The translations under genes were made by a program, and so were the position numbers. Shown here one piece after another: positions 50,483 to 62,777 of a DNA stretch of 64,000 nt. The notes beneath the pieces are model-generated. The model worked only from the letters and a program-made list of their open reading frames with translations. It was not told where the DNA came from and made no database searches. The stretch is from Okamejei kenojei (Eukaryota), in contig CM069141.1 of assembly GCA_035221665.1 (NCBI GenBank), positions 36,580,001-36,644,000 of the forward strand, given 5' to 3'. Each line of letters opens with the position of its first letter. Position 1 is the stretch's first letter.

Positions 50483-51166
50483 TTCTCCAACTCCTACTGA
50501 CTGCTCGAGCCATCTTTACGGAGTTGAAATACTTCTTGGTAAAGTTTTTAAAACACTTACCTGAGAAGTTCCTACTTACCGCTGGTGGAGCTGTGCCCTC
50601 CAGCCCGTTCAGTGCGACATGGGCGGACGTAATGACACGCATGCGCCTGGCGGGGCTTCTTCACGTAGTCACTCACGTGACTCCGAAGTAAAATGGGCGA
50701 AAACCCACCACATAGAGGTGTCTCTAATATGAAAGTTTAATATCCTCTTGCTGGTCTACTGAATAATGTGACAACTTGATGTCATGTTTTGGCATTAAAA
50801 TCAAATGCAAGATGCAAACTAATATAGTTAAATGTACCTAATTCAGCCCTCACAACACTTGGGACAAGGTTACATTACAGCAGCAGTTCAAAACTTTTCC
50901 TCTGCAGATTCACGGCATTGCAGAGAAGGTAGGCGTCAATGTTGTATTCTGCCTGTTTATAGGAGTGAATCTGCCTTGGAATCTGCCTTTAATAACAGCC
51001 TCCTCCGCAATAACTTAACTAAATTTGTGAATGGAGTCACGGAAGGGTGGTTACAAATTGACAGGCCCTGCTATGAAGTGTGAGACTGGAATTGCATGGG
51101 TGAAATCCAGAAGTTAAGCCAGCAGTTAGATACAAAATGTCTACACAAAATGTAGACACAAAATGT

Positions 51167-51308
51167 CTCACTCTAACCTCTCCCCCCTGAAAAAAACCCT
51201 TGCTCACTCTAACCTCTCATCCCCTGAAAAAAAACCCTTACTCACTCTAACCTCTCACCCCGTGAAAAAAAACTCTTACTTACTCTTACCTCCCCCCCTC
51301 TTAAAAAC
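51167..51308. repeat. ~37-bp minisatellite, 4 copies
   Basis: Units ctcactctaacctctc(a)ccccctgaaaaaaaccctt. Confidence 0.9.
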
Positions 51309-53789
51309 AATTGTGTCTAGCTTTGATTTAAACCAGCATCTGCAGTTCTTTCTTACACAGTAGCAGGTTGGAACCTGCTACTGAATTGAGGCAATAGGTT
51401 TTAATTTATTGCAGCAGAGGAGACGACACAACGTTGACTCCATTTAAAGGGGCAATATACAGCTGGCAATTGGGAAATTGGGGATCTGTTCGTCAGGAAT
51501 ATAAAACACAGAGGAAGGAAGGATGCATTGGGACCATCGCTGGGCACAGTTCAAGGTCAATTGCAATAGAAAACTGCACTTTCTATCAAGATGGTGGAGA
51601 AGCTGAGGAGCGAGAGTATTAAGGATACCCTGATCTTGAGTTTCATGTGGGAAATAGTTTAATGTTCTGACTAGATGAGGAAACACGAGTACATTTGCTC
51701 CAAGGATTATTGTTGTGATAGAGAAAGCTCATGGTGCATGGTTCAATTTAAGCAAGTACTGACTGCTTTGCCATGCACACACAAAGCTACGAGAATAGAT
51801 GCAGGGGAGGGGAGGGGAGGGGGTGTTGCTGAGGAAGGTGGATTGTGGAGATGCAATAATTATTGAAACATCTGCAGAATCATTACTTCCATGTAGTTTT
51901 AAACACAACATCAGATGAGCCCAGAACAGTCAGGAGGATAGCGAACAGACTTTGGATACTGATCTCTATATCACTTAAAACAAGAATAACCTTACAATAG
52001 AGGCCCAGTTTGCTGGAATCTGGAGTAAAAATCGATTTGCTGGAGGAACTGAGTGGGGCAAGCAGCATTTGTGTTGACAAAGCAATAGCCAGTGTTTATA
52101 GAAACATAGTCCCCGGCCACAATGCGGTGGCTCCGCGCTCGGAGCGCCGCAGCAGCAGTGAGTGAGTGAGTTGCTGACATGATCCCCGACATCCTTCTCA
52201 ACGCTCCTGCCCGTGCTGACCCGGGCCAGACTCACCACACGCTGTGAAAGGAACTCTCCCCCCCAATTGGTCCCTGAAATTGTATTGTCATTCAAGAAGA
52301 TCACAACTGATTCAACTTGTCCCGGTGTGCTCCCGTTTTTCCCACCATCTCTCCACCTGCCATCACCCTCCACCCCCCATCCATTCAGTGATTCAGAATG
52401 GAGGAGATCTGGAAGCCTTGGGCAAATTGAATTGTTACTTTCTTTATTTTTATTTTTTTGAGTGTGAGAAATTCTAGGTCCCACCAGCCTTTTTTCAAAC
52501 TTTAGCAATTCAAAATGGGGGTGAGTCTTTGACCCAGGTGCGTCTTCATTGCCGGGAAACAGTACTTTATTAAGAGATAAGGCTTTTGAAGACAAATTAC
52601 TTTATAAAAGTCGACTGACAGCTTACAGAGAGGAGAACAATCTGTGCATGTGCTGTTTAAGATTTTTTTTAAACCGACTGTGCCTACCCTGAGTAATTAC
52701 TCATGGCACGTGCCTGCAGGGGAGTTACTGTGGGGGTTTATGAGTGCTCAGGGGGAATGGGGGCTTGGGGATGTTGTAGGGTTGGGGGGAGGGTGTTGGA
52801 AGGAGAAGTAGCATCATTGGCAAGGGGGAAAGGCAGCAGGACCCAGTGGGGTCAGTAGTCAGAATGGGGTGCAGTAGGACCCAGGGGAGTCAGACAACGT
52901 GAAGCACTTGGAGCCGGTACCATAGAGACCTCTGGCCTGTATGTAGGCCTGGAGCCCAATGGTGTTGACGACCCCTGTCTGCTGGTGGCCAGGGGGAGGT
53001 GAGAATCGTCAGGGTCAGTCACACTTGGCAGCCGGGGTGCAGGTAAGGACCATGAAGTCAGTGGAGCGGCCGGGGAGGTTTTGTGGCTGTGTGGGTCGGC
53101 AGTAGTGTCGGAGTAAACTTGGCTACAATCAATATTTCAAAATTCAGTTATCTGTAATGAGATTGCAACTCCTACCATCAATGGCGGGTTGCACAATGGC
53201 TAGCAGAACGTTAAGGTTATTCCAATGGTTTTCCCATATTATCTCTCTTAATTTCTTATGGTGTAGAAGAAGGCCATTCTGTCCATCTATCCACGCTGCC
53301 TCTTTGAATAATCAGTCCAACAATCCCATTCTGTAAAAAACAATCGGCTTCTTTCTGGAGACGTGTCCTGACCCGAAACATCGCCTGTCATTTCCATCCT
53401 CAAATGCTGCCTCATCATTGAATCCCTCCAGCAGTTTGTTTGTTGCTCAGGATTCCATCATTTACAGTCTCTCATGAATCCTACTCTCCTATTCCTTTCC
53501 CTGCAACCTCACCTCTTTCTTATGTCAATCAATTTCATCCTGATTACCCTACTACCTAACTACACTATGGATAATGTATTGTAACCGATTAACCTGTCAG
53601 CCAGCATGTTTTGTGAGTCTGAGAGGTAACCTGAGTACCCACATGATCCCATGTGATCACAGCATGAACGAGCAAACTACACACAGTCACAGTCAGAACA
53701 AGAGATCCGGATTGAATCTAGATCGCTAGCACTACGTGCTGAAATATTATGCCATTTTTAAGACTGAGCAGAAGACTGTTAGATTTGTT

Positions 53790-54100
53790 GAGAGATACAG
53801 CATGGAAACAGGTGCTTTGGCCCCAATCAGCAATCCCAACACATTAGCACTATCCTACACATACTAGGAACAATTCACAATTATACCAAGCCAATTAACC
53901 TATAAACCTATATGTCTTTGGAGTGTGGGAGGAAACCGAAGATCTCGGAGAAAACACACATGGTCATGAGGAGAACGTACAAACTCCGTACAGACAACGC
54001 CTATCATCGGGATTGAACCCGGGTCTCCGGCGTTGCAAGTGCTGTAAGGCAGCAATTCTACCAATGCGCAACTGTGTAACTCTGCTGCGCCACTGTGCTG
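53790..54100 (-). mobile_element. HE1-like V-SINE
   Basis: Close match to 5313-5623. Confidence 0.85.
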
Positions 54101-54996
54101 CCCGGTTAGACTGACAAAAGTATTTACTAATTTTGGCCATACATCACCGCCCAATAAACCTACAGTAATTACATAACATGGTGACCAAAACCAGTTAATA
54201 CTTTTATTGTAACCACCTTGAAGCAGCACTCAGGAACAATTGGGACATTGATGTTTTGAACGTAGATGCTGAGTAACTGGATAAACAATGCAGTGTAACA
54301 TATGGCGATCCTGACAGTGCCAACAACTCATCATCACCTCTGACCTTTATTACAATGTGGCACATATTAAAAGGGAGTAGGTGCATATGAGGAGAAGGGA
54401 ATATGAGAAATATAAGAGTGCACAGGGAATGGGGAGCACAATATACAGTAGGTGGATGAGCCCATCTCATATCAACATATTATATCTTTTATCACATATC
54501 GTCACTTTATCACCATCGCACAGAGATGAATTTAAGTTCACACATTGACAAACCAGTATGTGAGCACTATTTCAAGGGCGGTCATGCAGCCAAAAATTTT
54601 AGTATTATCGTTTTCTGACTTTATGGACATTCTAAAAGAGCAACTCCAACATTCTCAATGGCTTAGAAGAAGACATCACAATGCAGGATTATGCGTCATA
54701 AGGCCACCTGTTGTAAGTAGCGACCCTGATACTTGGGAAGATTCCGTGACTAAACCTGGAGAGGGAACATTGGGTGAATAACCTGGCACTGGTGAGGAAA
54801 GGCAATATGTGAAGTCCAGGCATAAGCACAAATATGTTCAAGGGTTGCAGACCTAAAACATTGACTGTTTCTCTTGCCAGGGATGCAGCCTGACCTGCTT
54901 AATTGTTCCAGCATTTTCTGTTTTTATTTTAGATTTCCAGCAGTGGCAGTTTTTGAATTGTGAGCACGTATTTGCTGTTCAGCAAGCTAACAGCGA

Positions 54997-55290
54997 GGGC
55001 GCACAGCGGTAGATTTTCTGCCTTACAGTGCCAGCAACCCGGGTTCGATCCTGGCTACGGGTGCTGGCAGTACACGGTTTGCCCGTTCTCCCTGTGACCG
55101 CATGGGCTTTCACTGGATGTTCCGTTTTTCTCACACATTCCAAAGATGTGCGGGTTTGTAGGATAATTGGTTTCTGTAAATTGTCCCTAGTATGTAGGAT
55201 AGAACGCGTGTATGAGTGATTGCTGGTTTGCCTGGACTCGATGGGCTGAAAGGCCTGTTCCATGCTGTATCTCTTGAACTAAAACTAAGT
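54997..55290 (+). mobile_element. HE1-like V-SINE
   Basis: acccgggttcgatcctg B box, V-domain, CR1-like tail. Confidence 0.85.
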
Positions 55291-55466
55291 TATACCCTTA
55301 CTGCGGTTTTAAAGTCTCAGCTAGTGGGTTTTATGATGCTAACGAGAATGTCATGTCTAAGCACATTGCTTCATGGAGTCACAGATCGATAATCCGTGTA
55401 GGTCACAATGCCAGTAAACACACCTCTCCAAGCTCTTGCTGGTGTAGTTGATGCCCAAATAAAAGT

Positions 55467-55990
55467 AAATACTTACTTACTTACTTACTTACTGCCTATT
55501 ATGCCTCCTGGCATGTAGGGCAGCAACGAAGGTCCTCCACTCCTGTCTGTTCTAGACGAGCTTCTGGACACTACCACAGGTCAGGTCCATTGTTTTCATT
55601 TCCTTCTCTACAGTTCGACACCAGGTGGTTTTGGGTGTCCCTATTTTCCTTTTCCCTTCCGGTGTCCAGTGCAGGGCTATTCTTGGGATACTGTCTGATT
55701 CTTTTCTGCTTTCACCATTGATATTCATCCTAGCATCTGTCGTTAGCCCTGGAAGTCCATCACGCCCAGTAGTGTTGATTCCTTCAGTTGCTGTTACCGT
55801 AGGATTGTTAGCCATGTGCTCAACCTCCAACCTGGAGGACCAGTGGATCGCTCTTCGTCTCGCCTCTACCCTTCGACCTGTCCAGCATGGGAGACCCTAA
55901 CAGGAGGTGAATCTCCTGCTGGCATAGCTCTAGGGGTCACTGAGACACACAAGCTCCCCGACCACGACAAGGTTGCAATCCAACGGTCAG
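55467..55990 (-). mobile_element. Bipartite (internally deleted) RTE-clade element
   Basis: 11-bp TSD caaataaaagt (55456-55466 / 55991-56001), (taag)n tail, RTE C-terminus IPRIALHWTPEGKRKIGTPKTTW, RTE-like 5' UTR ccttgtcgtgg...gagctatgcc. Confidence 0.85.
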
Positions 55991-57349
55991 CAAATAAAAG
56001 TGGTAACGGTTAAATGGTGGGGCGAAGGGTATGGCTGCATGGGAAGTCAATTTCATTTCCATGGAAGGGAGGTCTTGATTAGCAATGGAGTGGCTACGAT
56101 GGTGTCTACATGGTGAGGTATTTACTGAAACCACTCAAAATAACGAGACCATGAAAATGTGAGCAAATCTATAGGAGGCACACTGACACAACAATGGAGC
56201 TGTTGAAGGCTGGGGATCTGAACCATTTTGGTTTTACAGTTATTGCAGTTAGATAAGTTGGTTACACATAGCACTTCTTTGGAAATAAAAACAGAAAATT
56301 CTGGATTAGCTCAGCAGGTCAGGCAACATCAGTGGGAATTGAAACAGTCAACATTTTGGGTCTGCAACCTTTGTCTTAATTGCTTTTTTATGGGTCCAAA
56401 TTCATTGGGAATTTTGGGGATAAAAAAGAGGTTCTGCAATCTGAGGGGAGAACTCTTCTACAATGAATGAAGTATAAAGGTGGAGAGGGCAGAATAATTT
56501 AAATGCATATCAGGCTTGTAATTCGTTCAGGTGGGGATGTAGGAGGACAAAGCTGAGGCCAATATCATCGGATCCTCTACTTGCTATGTTATTTCTCCAA
56601 CAGTTCATTCCCACCAACATGTATCATCTAACCTTTCTGACTCCGTGTAATATGTGATACATTTCAATACAACGTCAGTTACCATGACCAGAGCCATTTG
56701 TCATTGTTGTGCACCCAGGAGAGTTTCTCCACAATGATCTGGATGGATATGACCTCAGGCTCCCTGTTCAAGATATATTCATGCATTTCTATGTGCTCAC
56801 TACTCCTTCCTGTCAGAGGATCCACCCACTCTGCCTTGGAACAACCAGTTCATGGAAAGATTAAAAATCAAGTTAAGGTCCTTCAGCACCTGACATGCCA
56901 CTTCCTAAAGATTTTAGTAAATGTAGAGATCTGGAAATAGCACTGATCCCTTGTAGAACAACAATAACCAACAGAAGTCAATTAGCGACCAACTGCAGGC
57001 AATTGATCATCCTTGAAATAGCAGTGGTGAGAATCATTGCGGTTACTGGATGTATTTCAGAAACCCAAGGTTCAAAGAGGTCAATCTCTGGATCATGGCA
57101 CATGTGTGCTTGTGGTAAAGTCTGACCTACTGCATTCTCTTGCTTGCTTTGTCTTCGTTCTTGTACGGAGCTAAAAACTGTCTGTTCCAATTTGGGTTTG
57201 TGACTATAAACCACATATATGTGAATAATCATTACCTACCCTGAGTTTGAATGGAGATTAAGCTTTCTTAAACAAAAATGAATGCAGATTTGGCAATAAC
57301 ATTTATGGCAAACAATGTTACATTTGAAAATAAAAGCAGAGAAAATGTT

Positions 57350-57815
57350 TTGGAAGGAACTGTATATGCTGGTTTACACTGAAGATAGACATAAAAGCTG
57401 GAGTAACCCAGTGGGTCAGGAAGCATCTTATGAGAAAATGGATAGGTGACCGGGTCGAGACCCTTCTTCAGACTGAGAATCCAAAAAACAAGAGATATGA
57501 AAAGGTACAAATGAATGAAAAGTATGCAAAAGGCAAATACTTTACCTACCTTACGTCCATATCCCCAACCTCCGCAATCCCTAAGAGCTCTATCTAACTC
57601 TCTCTTGAAAGCATCCAGAGAACCAGCCTCCACCGCCCTCTGAGGCAGAGAATTCCACACACTCACAATTCTCTGTCGTGAAAATGTTTTTCCTCATTTC
57701 CGTTCTAAATGGCTTACCACTTATTCTTAAACTATGGCCCCAGATTCTGGACTCCCCTAACATTGGGAACATGTTTCCTGCCTCAAGTGTGTCCAAACCC
57801 TTAATAATCTTATAT
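57350..57815 (-). mobile_element. Penelope tail (57350-57540, partial HHR) adjoining a CR1 3' fragment (57540-57815)
   Basis: 'gggtcgagacccttcttcagactg'; ORFs with WNSLPQRAVEAGSLDAFKRELD. Confidence 0.75.
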
Positions 57816-58259
57816 GACAGGGAAAGAGGGGATGCAAGGGTTACTTACAGTTAGAGAAATCAAAATTATACCGCTGGGTTGTAAGTTGACTGAGCGAAAT
57901 ATTGGACAGCTGCTGAAGTGCAAGGGCAACAGTTTGGTGTGAGTTGTACTTCCTGCTACTTTTGCAACTGCGTTTTGCAACTGTGTTTCTGTCGCTTTGC
58001 AACTGTGTAGAGGTTCATACAACAGTTTTAGATAGATGTTTGGTTGCCTGTGCTTGGATTCGACACAAGGTTGAGGAAAACTGACATGTTACAGAATTCT
58101 TGCATGTTTCAAAGAATCAGAAATTAAATGGTTCCATTGCAAGAGATTATGATTTATTGTGCCATACCCCCAAATATAAAAAAATAAAAGTCCTTTCAGC
58201 AATCAAATGAATGACTCGGAAACTTGTCTTATTTGCATTCATAGAATGTATTATTGTTG

Positions 58260-58610
58260 GCTAGGCTGGGATTTATTGCACATTCCTGATTAAGAAAGTG
58301 TCACTGAGCTACCACCTTGATAACTGAGTTGCTGTGAGTATTTAGGAATTAAACCCATTATTCTGGGTCTCGAGATGCTTTCAGACCAGACAGGATAAGG
58401 ATGGCAGATTTCCTGCCCCAAAAGACAGTAGTGAACCAGATGGATTTTTACAACGATATGGTATTTTCATGGTCATTATTACTGCTACTGCCTATTTATT
58501 CCAGAGTTATTTAAGTAGTTAACTGGATTTAAAATTCCCAGCTGCCATGGGAAGATTTGACTCTGAATCATCTGCACAGTAATCTGGATTGCTGTCTCAG
58601 TAAAACAAAT
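58260..58610 (-). mobile_element. Ancient tRNA-headed SINE remnant (family unassigned)
   Basis: 'aaggatggcagatttcct...agtgaaccagatgg' core shared with 35470-35730. Confidence 0.45.
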
Positions 58611-59091
58611 ATGCTTATTTTTCGTTGCCTTCCAGTATTCTTTCAATTGGTTGACATGATGCAAAGCGCATGAGTTGGCCTCAAAATCCCAAACCAGCCT
58701 TCAGCCGTGAACAGACTAAAAGATGTTGCACGGTCTGCCTTTTGCTGCACTTGATAGTCTCTGGTAGTCACCCTGTTTCACCATGTGGGCTTCTGACTGG
58801 CCAACCATGGTTCTGGAGTTAGTGGAGGGCCTTTCAGATCTGTTTCTCTGAGGAAACTATATAGCCAATCTAATGCCTAGTTCCAAAGTTAAACAATGAT
58901 CCCACTAATATAAATTTAAAAATTCAGTTATTTTTCAAGTTTTCAAGTTTAGTTTAGAGATACAACGTGGGAACAGGTCCATGGGCCCACTGAGTCCACG
59001 CCGATCAGCGATCTCCGCTTATCTACACCCTTTTCAGAATGACATAATTCCAGTAGTAGGGCGACCTGAACGGCACAAAATATTGAAATGA

Positions 59092-60510
59092 TTTGAATAA
59101 ATTTTATTAGCCAAAAATGTATACATGCAAGGAGTTTGCCTAGGTGCTTTGCTCGCAAGTAACAACGCGATACACAGAACACAATTAAAAATAAAACATC
59201 ATAATTTAAACATGTGAAGAATTAAATAAAATACCAGAGGAAAAGTAAGCTACAGACTTTTGGCTGTTGAGTAGTGCTACTGCTCGTGGAAAAAAGCTGT
59301 TTTTATTTCTGGCTGTGGCGTTTATGACAGTCCAGAGTCGCCTTCCAGAGGGAAGTGCTTCAAAGAGTTTGTGGTCAGAGTGAGAGGGGTCAGAGATGAT
59401 CTTACCCGCTCGCTACCTTGCAGTGTACGGTTCGTCGATGGGAGGAAGGTTGCAGCCAATAACTTTCTCAGCTGATCGAACGATACGCTGCAGACTCTGA
59501 TTGTCATGTTTGGTGGCTGAGCCAAACCAGACCATGAGAGAGAAGTGAGGACAGATAAAACTGTCAGTATAAAACTGGACCATTATTGCATGTGGCAGAT
59601 TGTGTTTTCTCAGCTGCCACAGGAAGTACATCCTCTGTTGGGTCTTTTTGAATGCAGATTCGATGGTAGCCTCCCATTTAAGCTCCCTGGAGATAATGGT
59701 TCCAATGAACATAAAAGACTCCACAGATGTGACTGTGGTTTTGTTGATGGTGAGTGGAGGGATGGGAGGGGGAGCTCTCCTAAAGTCTACAATCAATTCC
59801 ACCATCTTAAGAGCATTGAGCTCCAGGTTGTTGCGATGGCACCAGGACGCCAGCTGTGTAGGCAGATTCCTCCCCATCCTGGATCAATCCAATCAGGGTT
59901 GTGTCGTCCACAAACTTGAGAAGCTTGACAGAGGAGTCTGTGGAGGTGCATTCATTGGTGTAGAGAGAGTAGAGGAGAGGGGAGAGCACGCTGTCTGGGG
60001 TGCTCCTATGCTGAGGGTCTGTGGGTCTGAGGTGCTTTCCCACCCTCACATGCTGCTTCCTATCTGTTAGGAAGTTGATGATCCACTGACAGAGGGGTTC
60101 AGACATAGTCAAACTGGGAGAGTTTGGAGTGTAGTAGCTCTGGCACAATGGTGTTGAATGCAGAACAAAAATCCACAAACAGGATCCTTGCATAGGTCCC
60201 CTGGCGGTCTAGGTTCTGGAGGATGAAGTGCAGGCCTAGGTTGACTGCATCGTCCATTGACCTATTTGCCCAGTATGCAAACTGCAGGGGGTCCACCAGG
60301 GGGTTTGTGATATTTTTCAGGTGGGCCAGCACGTCTTTCAAGGGTCTTCATGATTACAGAGGTCAGTGCGACAGGCGTGTTGTCATTACGACTAGTACAC
60401 CTTGGCTTTTCTGGTACGGGAACAATAGACTTTGAAGCAGGCAGGGACAGTGCAGGTTGCCAGTTGTTCAGCACAGAGCTTGAGGGTAGAGGAGGAAACA
60501 TTGTCCAGTC
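59092..60510 (-). mobile_element. Rex1/Babar LINE, 5'-truncated and frameshifted
   Basis: PVALTSVIMK, DPLQFAY..NRS.DDA, LFVDFCSAFNTI, VLSPLLYSLYT, KFVDDTTLIG, WC..NNLELN. Confidence 0.9.
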
Positions 60511-60530
60511 CTGGAGATTTCCAGCTTTTC

Positions 60531-61010
60531 TGAATGAATGATACTTTATTGTCACATGTGACTAGTCACAGTGATATTCTTTGTTTTGCATACCCAAGGT
60601 ATGCATAAAGTGCGGCAACAAAGTTATAAAAGTATTCAATTTTACAGAAACCATTAAAACATTCTATTTGTCCCCCTTAGTTCTTGGCGGTTCTCCCACA
60701 CTGCCTCCTTTGTTCTCCCCCCCTTTCAAGGTAGTCCCCCCATGCTGGGTTCTCCTTTGTTCTCGGCTTGACCTCCTCACCGGCCCGATCTCCACGCCGG
60801 CCCGACCTCCTCACCGGCCGCTGGTTTGACCTCAACACCGACCCTACCTCGACCACTGGTGCCCACAATGACATTGGCCGTGACCTTGACCGCCGGCCCA
60901 CCCTCAATGACCACTGGCCCGACCGCCTCGACGACCTCCGCAGGGTCCACTGACGCTGCTGCTGTGCTGACCCAGAGTCCGGCCGCAGGGATCCGTCGCC
61001 CGGTTCTTTA
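60531..61010 (-). mobile_element. GC-rich SINE-like element with a stem-loop tail
   Basis: Tail 'tgaatgaatgatactttattgtcacatgtgactagtcacagtg' plus a CpG-rich body with short internal repeats. Confidence 0.5.
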
Positions 61011-61204
61011 GCAATGCAAGCAGGATGTGCATAGCCATGGGGGAAAGATGTTCTCTGTCTATTTGTCAGAAACCTATGTTTAATACAAATGTGGAGAAGC
61101 CTACAATGTACCAGAGCACCAGACCAGAGCTCTGACAGCTCACATACTATTTGAAATGGGCACTTTTGGATTTCAGTAAACTTTCACAGCATAGTAATAC
61201 CTTC

Positions 61205-61445
61205 ACAGTGGCACAGGTGGTAGAGCCAATGCCTCACAGCACCAGAGATCCAGGGTTGATCCAGACCTTGGGTGCTATCTGTGTGGACTTTGCACGTTCT
61301 CTCTGTGACCGTGTGGGCTTCCTCTGGGTGCTCCCGTGTCCCCCCACTCCCCAAAGACGTGTGAGTTTGTAGTTAATTGGCCTCTGTAAATTGCCCTGAG
61401 TGTGTAGGGAATGGATGAGAAAATGGGATAACATAGAACTAATGT
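61205..61445 (+). mobile_element. HE1-like V-SINE (older)
   Basis: tRNA head and V-domain 'tttgcacgttctctctgtgaccgtgtggg'. Confidence 0.75.
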
Positions 61446-62563
61446 GAACTTTTTGTAGAAGTCAACTTGTTCTTTTGCATTGCCCATGATACTCTGTAAT
61501 ACAACATATACCACACCAGGCTAATAGATGTTTTATGATTTCAGTGAAAGCGCAGGGCATGACAAGATTAATAATTACCTTTACAATTTGCTGGACTTAG
61601 TATCAGTAATTTACATGCCAGCAGTCTTAAAGATTGCCTATTGTTCACTTCTGATCTCCATAATAAGTGAAAACATTCCGCTGGCTCGCCATATGAACCA
61701 GTTTAAAATTGCAAGTCAGATTTACTTTCGGAAAGCAGATTTTCACAAAAACATAATGCTTTATTTGAATATCATACCATGTATCATTTTGTTCAATTAT
61801 TTTGTTCAATGATATTCAGTGGTTTATAGTGAGTTGACAGTCCATTTTGTGTATCCACTGATTTTTAAGTTCATTAAGATGTTTGAAGGGGTAAAGGTGC
61901 AGCAAGCTGGGAACGGGTTGGTATAATTACTTTTCTAGAGACAGCATATACTCCATTCTTGGCTACCTGAAGACCCTGACTTAAAGATAATTGGGCAGGA
62001 GTAAAATTGGCAGGATAATTGTTCTCAGTTGTAAAACTAATTTTCATTTGTCATAGAGACATGGTGTCATACGGCAACAGAATCAAGCCCTTTGGCACGC
62101 CACGTCCGTGCTGACCTTTTTGTACATTGCTCTAAAAGCCTATTTAACATAATAATCGCATCTGACCACCATCTGCTCTGGCAGCGCGTTCCAGATTTTA
62201 ACCACTGTTGTCCCCTTTAAAGTTCTCTCCTCTCATTTTAAACCTATGCATCTTCTTTATATACTTTCATCTTCAGTATGGTTAGGGACTTTGCCCACCT
62301 TCTAGTTCTTCCACTCTCTCAAAGCTGTTGAGCAGCTCACAAATGTCGGATAGATAACTATGTTCCTCAGATGTATGCTACTGATGTAGAGCCACCACCA
62401 TTATTTGAACAATCTATATGATATGGAGAAAGGACCTAGAAGATTGAAAGGAGAAAGAATTCTCACTGCATCACATTTCTGCTACATGAGATGGATGAGT
62501 GGATTGTCAGAAGTTTTAGGATTTGCTGTCTAGATTCACACTTGAAAAACGAGCATTAGGTAT

Positions 62564-62777
62564 TGTGGATTGGTTTATGCATGATAACCAATCATAGTAG
62601 AATAGCATCACTAACCCCACCCTACTGTACGATTTATATTAACACCCACCCCCTGTACTGCTCGGTCTTGGAAGCGGCCATGATGTTCTAGCAACTAACA
62701 GCCTGCTGTACCGCTATAGTTTGAATACTGATGAAAGATGATCTTGGATTTCAGATTGTATGATTCAGTCATTTACA
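62564..62777 (+). repeat. Putative 5' LTR of the Gypsy element
   Basis: TGT...ACA bounded segment directly followed by the PBS-like tggtgtcag (62778); left boundary uncertain. Confidence 0.55.

Larger units (their letters stand above)
45919..50694 (-). mobile_element. Full-length DIRS1-like retrotransposon (pseudogenised)
   Basis: ITRs, ICR at 46146-46258, domain order gag-RT-RNaseH-MT-YR. Confidence 0.95.

Noticed and set aside
52690-52703. 14-bp palindrome tgagtaattactca
   Set aside because: Isolated, and of a length expected by chance in 64 kb
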